Positions 57,888 through 64,000 of a stretch of 64,000 bases of DNA are shown here, in pieces. Source of the DNA: Omnitrophica bacterium GWA2_41_15 (GTDB lineage: Bacteria > Omnitrophota > Gorgyraeia > Ghiorseimicrobiales > Ghiorseimicrobiaceae); contig CAKKQO010000023.1 in NCBI GenBank assembly GCA_919902105.1, positions 2,128 to 66,127 of the forward strand, given 5' to 3'. Positions within the stretch are counted from its first letter, which is position 1. Every line of letters begins with the position of its first letter. The notes beneath the pieces are model-generated. The model saw nothing but the letters and a program-made list of their open reading frames with translations. It made no database searches and had not been told where the DNA came from. The position numbers and the translations under genes are program-made.

Positions 57888-60806
57888 ATGCAAAATATTC
57901 TATCAGGGCTTAATCCCGAGCAACTTGAGGCAGTTACCTATAGAGAGGGGCCGCTTTTAATTATTGCCGGAGCAGGTACGGGTAAGACGGCGGTGATTAC
58001 CCGCCGTATTTCTTGGCTTTTGTCCGAAAATCTCGCCAAAACCGATGAAATCTTAGCCCTCACTTTTACGGACAAGGCGGCATGCGAGATGCAGGAGCGG
58101 GTGGACTTATTGGTTCCTTATGGTTATACGGATATCTGGATTTCTACCTTTCATTCTTTCGGTGACAGAGTTTTACGGGAAAATGCCTTAAGATTAGGGT
58201 TTGATCCTGACTTTAAGGTTTTGACCCGTCCTGAAGCAGCAGTATTTTTCAAAGAGCACCTTTTTAAATTTAGCCTTTCTTATTACCGGCCTTTATCTGA
58301 TCCGGCGAAATTTATCGATGCGATAATAACATATTTCAGCCGCCTAAAAGATGAAGATATTACATCCTGCGAATATTTAGAGTATGCAGAAAAATTACGC
58401 AGAATTGCCGAAGAAAGTAAAGATGATGCGCTCAGCGAAGAGGCCCAGAGGCATACGGAGTTATCTCAATGTTTTAGCCAATATCAGGATTTTTTGGCAA
58501 AATCCGGCAAAGTTGATTTCGCTAACCAATTTTATCTGGCCTTGGGGCTCTTGCGTACGCACCCCGCAGTGCTTAAGTGCTATCAAGAGAAATTTAAATA
58601 TATCCTTGTAGATGAGTTTCAGGATACTAATTTTGCCCAGTTTCAAATAGTAAAATTATTGACAGGTAGTGCAAAAAATATCACTGTCGTAGCGGATGAT
58701 GACCAATGTATATATAGATTCCGCGGCGCAGCCTACAGCAATATCTTAAATTTTATTGAGGCTTATTCGGAGGCAAAAAAAATTACGCTGATAAAAAATT
58801 ACCGCTCGACGCAAAAAATACTTGATTCAGCATACCGCCTTATTCAATATAATAACCCCGACCGCTTTGAGGTAAAAAGTAAGATTAATAAGAAACTCAT
58901 TGGTTTTGTCCCGGATGGCATCGAGGTTAAGCATGTTAGTTTTGATACGGTTTCCTCTGAGGCAGATTATGTCGCAAACGCAATAGAGGAAAAAGTAAAA
59001 TGCACAGGATATAACTATACTGATTTTGCGATTCTGGTACGTTCTAATAACGACGCAGACCCGTTTTTAAGGGCGCTGAATATGTTAGGTATTCCCTGGT
59101 GTTTCAGCGGAAATCAAGGTTTATATTCGCGTCAGGAAGTGCGCCTGTGTATTTCTTTTTTAAAACTTATGGCGAATATAGAAGATAGCCTCAGTGTTTA
59201 TCATCTTCTAATCTCTGAAATTTATCAGGCGGATATTTTTGATTTGAGCCCTCTTATGCATTATGCCCAAAGGAGAAAAATCTCTCTTTTTTCTATCCTG
59301 CGTAAATTAGAAGATATTTTTTTGCAGAATATAAGCATATCAGAAAGGACAAAAACTGTTATAGAGAAATTTATTGCGGATATGGGAAAATATCTTGAAG
59401 CCTCCAAAAATTTATCCACGGGAAGGCTGCTTTATCTATTTCTTAATGATACAGGTTATATTTCTTCCTTAACTAAAAATCCGAGTGCGGTTAATGAAGA
59501 GAAAATTTGTAATATCGCCAAATTTTTTGATATTGTGCGCAATTATGAAAGTTTAAGCCGTGAGGACCGCGTAATTTATTTTGTCGAGCACCTAAAACTT
59601 TTAATGGAGGCAGGGGATGATCCCGCAACTATAGAGTCCGATTTGGATTCTCCGGCAGTGCAGGTTTTGACCGTGCATAAAGCAAAGGGCCTGGAGTTTA
59701 ATGTAGTATTTATGGTAACTTTAGTGCAGGGACGTTTTCCTTGGCCCAGACGTGCCGAGGCTATAGAATTGCCTGACGAATTAATCAAGGATATTTTACC
59801 GAGCGGCGATTCTCATCTTGAGGAGGAGCGCCGACTGTTCTATGTGGGAATGACCCGGGCAAAAAAAGACTTAATTTTTACCTCTAGCCTTGACTACGGC
59901 GGAAAAAAAACGAGAAAAGCAAGCCGATTTATTTTTGAAGCGCTTGGCATACTTCAAGGTAGGACAGCTGAACTAAGAAAAAGCTCAGGCCTCGAGCTGA
60001 TTAAACAGAATGCTCCGCCGCTATGTAATAAAACTCTCTCGATAGCAAGGGCCGCTCCCGAAGAACAAATATTAAGTTTAAGTTATTACCAGATAGATGA
60101 CCACAGGACCTGCCCCTTAAAATATAAATATGTGCATATACTGCGTGTTCCCATAATGGAACACCATGCTGTGCTTTACGGCAAGGCCATGCACGAGGCA
60201 GTATTGAAGTATTATCAGTCAAAGATGAATAAAATTAAAATAACGCAAAGAGAGCTGGTTTCCGCCTTTGATAATGCTTTTAAAGCAGAGGGTTTTTTAT
60301 CCAGCGAGCATATCGAGGAGAGGAGGCGCACGGCTTATAGGGCGCTTGCGAGATTTTTTGTTAAAGAAGAGAAGGAAAAAATTCTCCCTGTCTATATGGA
60401 GAAGGATTTTTCATTCTTTATAGGGACAAATAAGGTTAACGGCAGGTGGGATCGTATTGATATAGTTAACGATAAAGCCGTAATTATTGATTTTAAGACT
60501 TCAGAAGTAAGAAAGCAAAAAGACGCAGATAAAAAAGCCAAAGAAAGCCTTCAGCTTTCTATCTATGCCCTTGCCTATAAGGCTATTAATAATGTCCTGC
60601 CTGAGAGAGTCGAATTACACTTTTTAGAGTCAGGTTTGGTAGGCAGCACCCAGAAGGATGACTCTGACTTAGAAAAAACGATAGAGATAATCAAGGAGGC
60701 TGCTTCTGGTATCCGTTTGGCAGAATTTCCCGCAAAACCGAAGTATTTATCCTGTGCCTATTGCGCTTATAATCAAATCTGCCCTTATGCGGCAATACAG
60801 CGATGA
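57888..60806 (+). CDS. UvrD/PcrA-type superfamily-1 helicase fused to a C-terminal Cas4/AddB-like PD-(D/E)XK nuclease domain with a Cys cluster
   Basis: Walker A AGAGTGKT, DEFQDTN, VHKAKGLEF, YVGMTRAK. The C-terminus has C(PLKY)..D..DFK..Q..Y plus CAYCAYNQIC. Confidence 0.85.
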   Translation: MQNILSGLNPEQLEAVTYREGPLLIIAGAGTGKTAVITRRISWLLSENLAKTDEILALTFTDKAACEMQERVDLLVPYGYTDIWISTFHSFGDRVLRENALRLGFDPDFKVLTRPEAAVFFKEHLFKFSLSYYRPLSDPAKFIDAIITYFSRLKDEDITSCEYLEYAEKLRRIAEESKDDALSEEAQRHTELSQCFSQYQDFLAKSGKVDFANQFYLALGLLRTHPAVLKCYQEKFKYILVDEFQDTNFAQFQIVKLLTGSAKNITVVADDDQCIYRFRGAAYSNILNFIEAYSEAKKITLIKNYRSTQKILDSAYRLIQYNNPDRFEVKSKINKKLIGFVPDGIEVKHVSFDTVSSEADYVANAIEEKVKCTGYNYTDFAILVRSNNDADPFLRALNMLGIPWCFSGNQGLYSRQEVRLCISFLKLMANIEDSLSVYHLLISEIYQADIFDLSPLMHYAQRRKISLFSILRKLEDIFLQNISISERTKTVIEKFIADMGKYLEASKNLSTGRLLYLFLNDTGYISSLTKNPSAVNEEKICNIAKFFDIVRNYESLSREDRVIYFVEHLKLLMEAGDDPATIESDLDSPAVQVLTVHKAKGLEFNVVFMVTLVQGRFPWPRRAEAIELPDELIKDILPSGDSHLEEERRLFYVGMTRAKKDLIFTSSLDYGGKKTRKASRFIFEALGILQGRTAELRKSSGLELIKQNAPPLCNKTLSIARAAPEEQILSLSYYQIDDHRTCPLKYKYVHILRVPIMEHHAVLYGKAMHEAVLKYYQSKMNKIKITQRELVSAFDNAFKAEGFLSSEHIEERRRTAYRALARFFVKEEKEKILPVYMEKDFSFFIGTNKVNGRWDRIDIVNDKAVIIDFKTSEVRKQKDADKKAKESLQLSIYALAYKAINNVLPERVELHFLESGLVGSTQKDDSDLEKTIEIIKEAASGIRLAEFPAKPKYLSCAYCAYNQICPYAAIQR

Positions 60807-60854
60807 AAAAAGATAAGACAACAGCAGAATAAGCGCCCGGCCGGGCATTTTTCC

Positions 60855-60883
60855 TTGACTTTAGAGATAGATTGGAGTATATT
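60855..60883 (+). promoter_or_regulatory. Candidate sigma70-type promoter for rpsO-pnp
   Basis: TTGACT, 17-nt spacer, TATATT, followed by the AGGAGG RBS at 60895-60900. Confidence 0.45.
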
Positions 60884-60908
60884 ATTACTTTATGAGGAGG
60901 TGGCTGCT

Positions 60909-61178
60909 TTGGCTTTAGTAAAAGAAAAAAAACAACAGGTAATAGGTGATTTTAAGGTGCATGAAAAAGATACAGGATCAGCTTCTGTGCAAATCGCCCT
61001 GCTTACTGAAAGGATAAATGGCCTTTCAGGCCATTTTAAACAACATGCGAAAGACCACGGTTCCCGCCGGGGGCTGCTGGTGTTGGTTAGTAAGCGCCGC
61101 AGGCTCCTTGACTACCTAAAAAAATCAAATACCAAGAAATACGAAGACATCCTGCAAAAACTTAACCTTAGAAAGTGA
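60909..61178 (+). CDS. rpsO: 30S ribosomal protein S15
   Basis: DTGS..VQ.ALLT..I..L..H...H.KDH.SRRGLL..V..RR.LL.YL pattern. 89 aa from TTG 60909, 8 nt after AGGAGG. Confidence 0.92.
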   Translation: MALVKEKKQQVIGDFKVHEKDTGSASVQIALLTERINGLSGHFKQHAKDHGSRRGLLVLVSKRRRLLDYLKKSNTKKYEDILQKLNLRK

Positions 61179-61184
61179 GGACTG

Positions 61185-63269
61185 ATGCATAGCGAAATTA
61201 AACACGTCCAGGCACAATTTGGGCGTGAAATTATCCATTTAGAGACCGGAAAACTCGCTAAACAAGCAGATGGTGCCGTTGTAGTGCAATATGGCGGCAC
61301 GGTAGTTTTAATCACTGTTTGTGTTTCTAAAGAGCCGAAAGAAGGGATAGATTTTTTACCCTTAACTGTAGAATATCAGGAAAAGACTTATGCCGCAGGA
61401 AAAATCCCGGGTGGATTTTTTAAGCGGGAAGGCCGCCCTTCAGAGAGCGAGATTTTAACCTCGCGTTTAATTGATAGGCCAATCCGGCCGCTTTTTCCTA
61501 AGGGTTTTGTCAATGAAATCCAGATAATGGGGCTGGTTTTATCCAGCGACGGAGTAAATGACCCGGATATCCTTGCAGTAATCGGCGCATCCAGCGCTAT
61601 AACTCTTGCCGGAATTCCTTTTACCGGCCCTATTGGCGCTGTCCGCGTGGGTATAATAGAGGGAAACTTCATCCTTAATCCCACTTATGAGGAGTTAGAA
61701 AAAAGCGTGTTGGATTTGGTAGTAGTGGGTTCAAAAACCGGCGTAATTATGCTTGAGGCTAAGGCTAAAGAACTTGCCGAAGATAAAATTTTAGAAGCGA
61801 TTAAATTCGGCCATCGCCATCTTCAAAATGTAATTGGTTTGCAAGAGGAATTAAGGAAGCAATGCGTAGTTACCCCTAAAGAATTTACTTATGAGAAAAT
61901 TGATGATGAGCTTTTTAATAAAGTAAAGGAATTATCTTGCGAAAAATTAGTTGAGGTCTGTTCTTTATCGGATAAAGAGAAAAGAGAAGAAGAGATAGAT
62001 TTGCTTTGGGGATCTTTAGTAGAACAATTCAAGGCCGCAGGCAGTGAGGCGCTTCCTGAGGATATAAAACTTGCCTTGGTTGAGGCAGAAAAAGAAGAGG
62101 TGAGAAAATTTGTTCTAGAGAAAGACATACGCGTTGATGGCAGAAGATATGAAGATTTACGGTCGATAAGCTGTGAGATAGGGGTTTTGCCGCGCACACA
62201 CGGCTCAGGGCTTTTTACAAGAGGGCAGACTCAGAGTTTAGCCATCACTACTTTAGGCACCCGCGCCGATGAACAAAGATTAGATGGTTTAGAAGGCGAG
62301 CTTTCCAAGTCTTTTATGCTGCATTATAGCTTTCCGCCTTTTAGCGTTGGGGAGGTTAAGCCGGTGAGAGGGCCTGGGAGGCGTGAAATCGGCCACGGCG
62401 CATTGGCAGAGAAAGCGCTTAAATTCTTAATGCCTTCAAAAGAAGAATTCCCTTATACTGTAAGGGTGGTCTCAGAAATTCTCGAGTCCAACGGTTCTTC
62501 CAGCATGGCTACCGTCTGCGCCTCAGCGCTGTCTTTAATGGATGCCGGTGTTCCGATAAAAGATGCAGTGGCTGGTGTCGCCTTAGGTTTAATCAAAGGA
62601 GACGATAAATACGCTATCCTTACTGATTTAAACGGCCTCGAGGATCATTTCGGCGATATGGATTTTAAGGTAGCCGGCACAAGGGCAGGAATTACCGCCG
62701 TACAATTAGATTTAAAAATTACCGAACTGCCTTTTGAGATTCTAGAGAAAGCAATAAATCAGGCAATGAAGGCGCGTTTTATTATTTTAGAAAAGATGCT
62801 GCAGGCTATTGATAAGCCGAGAGCGAATTTATCCGAATACGCCCCGCGCATTACGGTATTAAAAATCAGCACGGATAAAATCGGCGAACTTATCGGGCCT
62901 GGCGGAAAAAATATCAAAAAGATTATTGAGCAGACCGGTGTTACTATTGATATTGAGGAAGATGGCACGGTTTTAGTCGGTTCCGTTGATGCCGCCGCTT
63001 CAGAGAAAGCCGTTAGGATTATTAAGGGGATGACCGAAATCCCTGAGGTAGGAAAAATTTATACCGGCGTAGTTAAACGCATTGTTAACTTCGGCGTCTT
63101 CTGCGAGATACTTCCTAACAAAGAAGGCCTAGTGCATGTATCTGAGCTTGCCAGTAAATTCGTCAAAGACCCCAATGAAATAGTAAAAATGGGCGATGAG
63201 TTTAAAGTAAAAGTTATCGGTATAGACGATTTAGGCCGGGTAAATTTAAGTAAAAAGCAAGCAGAATGA
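61185..63269 (+). CDS. pnp: Polynucleotide phosphorylase
   Basis: Two RNase PH domains (REIGHGALAE), KH (IGPGGKNIKKI) and S1 (G.V..I..FG.F) domains. Confidence 0.97.
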   Translation: MHSEIKHVQAQFGREIIHLETGKLAKQADGAVVVQYGGTVVLITVCVSKEPKEGIDFLPLTVEYQEKTYAAGKIPGGFFKREGRPSESEILTSRLIDRPIRPLFPKGFVNEIQIMGLVLSSDGVNDPDILAVIGASSAITLAGIPFTGPIGAVRVGIIEGNFILNPTYEELEKSVLDLVVVGSKTGVIMLEAKAKELAEDKILEAIKFGHRHLQNVIGLQEELRKQCVVTPKEFTYEKIDDELFNKVKELSCEKLVEVCSLSDKEKREEEIDLLWGSLVEQFKAAGSEALPEDIKLALVEAEKEEVRKFVLEKDIRVDGRRYEDLRSISCEIGVLPRTHGSGLFTRGQTQSLAITTLGTRADEQRLDGLEGELSKSFMLHYSFPPFSVGEVKPVRGPGRREIGHGALAEKALKFLMPSKEEFPYTVRVVSEILESNGSSSMATVCASALSLMDAGVPIKDAVAGVALGLIKGDDKYAILTDLNGLEDHFGDMDFKVAGTRAGITAVQLDLKITELPFEILEKAINQAMKARFIILEKMLQAIDKPRANLSEYAPRITVLKISTDKIGELIGPGGKNIKKIIEQTGVTIDIEEDGTVLVGSVDAAASEKAVRIIKGMTEIPEVGKIYTGVVKRIVNFGVFCEILPNKEGLVHVSELASKFVKDPNEIVKMGDEFKVKVIGIDDLGRVNLSKKQAE

Positions 63270-64000
63270 AGAAGAACCATTTACTGGATGAGATCGCCGC
63301 GATAATTTTATTCGCGGCGGCAATCCTTATTTTTTTAAGCCTCATCTCTTATCACAAAGAAGACCTGCCATTTTTTACCTCGCATCCAAATATCCCCCCG
63401 AAAAATATTATCCGCGGATTCGGCGCAGTCATAGCTGCCGCTTTATTTTTTGTAATCGGCCAGGCGAGTTATCTCTTAGTTTTTATTTTAGGTATATTCG
63501 GCTTAAATAAAATGCGGCATAAAGAGTTTTATTTAAGCCCGGTTAAAATTACTGCCCTTTCCATAGCAATATTTTCGCTATCGTCTTTATTAAGCCTTGT
63601 ATTTTTTAACAATAAAGAACTTATGTTTACGGCTGGCGGTTACATCGGCTCTTTATTTTCTAAATTTACCGTTGATTATTTCGGTAAAGTCGGCGGGTAT
63701 GTAATTGTAACGGCGCTTTTACTTTCGAGCCTTCTTTTATTAGGAGAATTTCTGCTATATCCTATTCTTTCCAAGTTTAAAGAAGCGGCGCAAGGCGCTA
63801 TGAATAATTTTTTGGCCTCTTTAAAAAAAATTAGAGGCCCAGCATTAATCAAGGCAAGCCCCAAAGAGAGGATAAAGACAGATGTTAGAAAAGGCGCCTC
63901 TCTTTCTGGAGGAGAGAAATCAGAAAAACCTGCCGCACTATGGGGGAATGAAAAGAAAAACCCCCGCCTATCTATTTTAAACCCAGAGAACGAAAAAAAT
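63266..64000 (+). CDS. ftsK: DNA translocase FtsK/SpoIIIE, N-terminal membrane region (3' partial)
   Basis: ATG overlaps the pnp stop, and 245 codons run open to the window end. Four hydrophobic helices with the GGYIGS....FG..G pattern typical of the FtsK N-terminus. The motor domain lies outside the window. Confidence 0.65.
   Translation, partial: MKKNHLLDEIAAIILFAAAILIFLSLISYHKEDLPFFTSHPNIPPKNIIRGFGAVIAAALFFVIGQASYLLVFILGIFGLNKMRHKEFYLSPVKITALSIAIFSLSSLLSLVFFNNKELMFTAGGYIGSLFSKFTVDYFGKVGGYVIVTALLLSSLLLLGEFLLYPILSKFKEAAQGAMNNFLASLKKIRGPALIKASPKERIKTDVRKGASLSGGEKSEKPAALWGNEKKNPRLSILNPENEKN

Overview
The window is 64 kb of densely packed, AT-rich bacterial chromosome. About 65 genes lie on the + strand and only rpmB on the - strand. 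I found no rRNA, tRNA, CRISPR array, transposase, integrase or phage genes.

Gene content is mostly housekeeping, in this order:
- a CcdA-like transporter plus a secreted thioredoxin-fold fusion protein, then an HMGL-family synthase and purA;
- uppS-cdsA-dxr-rseP-ispG-proS;
- rimP-nusA-infB-trpS-scpA-ruvB;
- a queuosine neighbourhood (queH, DUF2905, SpoIID-like, queA, ykgJ-like, tgt);
- trmD-rplS-rnhB-yraN;
- a Wood-Ljungdahl block (fhs-fchA-folD ... metF, a CooF-like ferredoxin, an FAD/NAD(P) oxidoreductase, acsB) interrupted by a small MNT/HEPN toxin-antitoxin island;
- polA-coaE-rho-rpmE-prfA-prmC-murA;
- trpG-D-C-F-(DUF3108-like)-B-A with no trpE;
- an M16 peptidase, a CNNM/CBS transporter, a small zinc-ribbon gene, rsfS-argS-recJ, rpmB, a UvrD-helicase/Cas4-like nuclease fusion, and rpsO-pnp-ftsK (3' partial).

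The most unusual signal is a dense layer of palindromic and hairpin repeat DNA rather than any gene.
1. A family of about 205-210 nt elements folds end to end. It has three copies (22302-22506, 28972-29180 and an inverted copy at 45790-45997) that share a core and show compensatory changes in their stems.
2. Other long whole-length hairpins occur at 5189-5360 and 19818-19992.
3. Many perfect 13-21 bp stem hairpins sit directly after stop codons.
4. Short GC-rich palindromes and 7-8 nt tandem repeats lie inside conserved genes (ispG, tgt, prmC twice, the rnhB tail, the SpoIID-like N-terminus). None interrupts the annotated reading frame, which recalls Rickettsia palindromic elements.

Repeat coordinates were derived by hand and may be off by a few nt. 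No database search, folding or statistics could be run.
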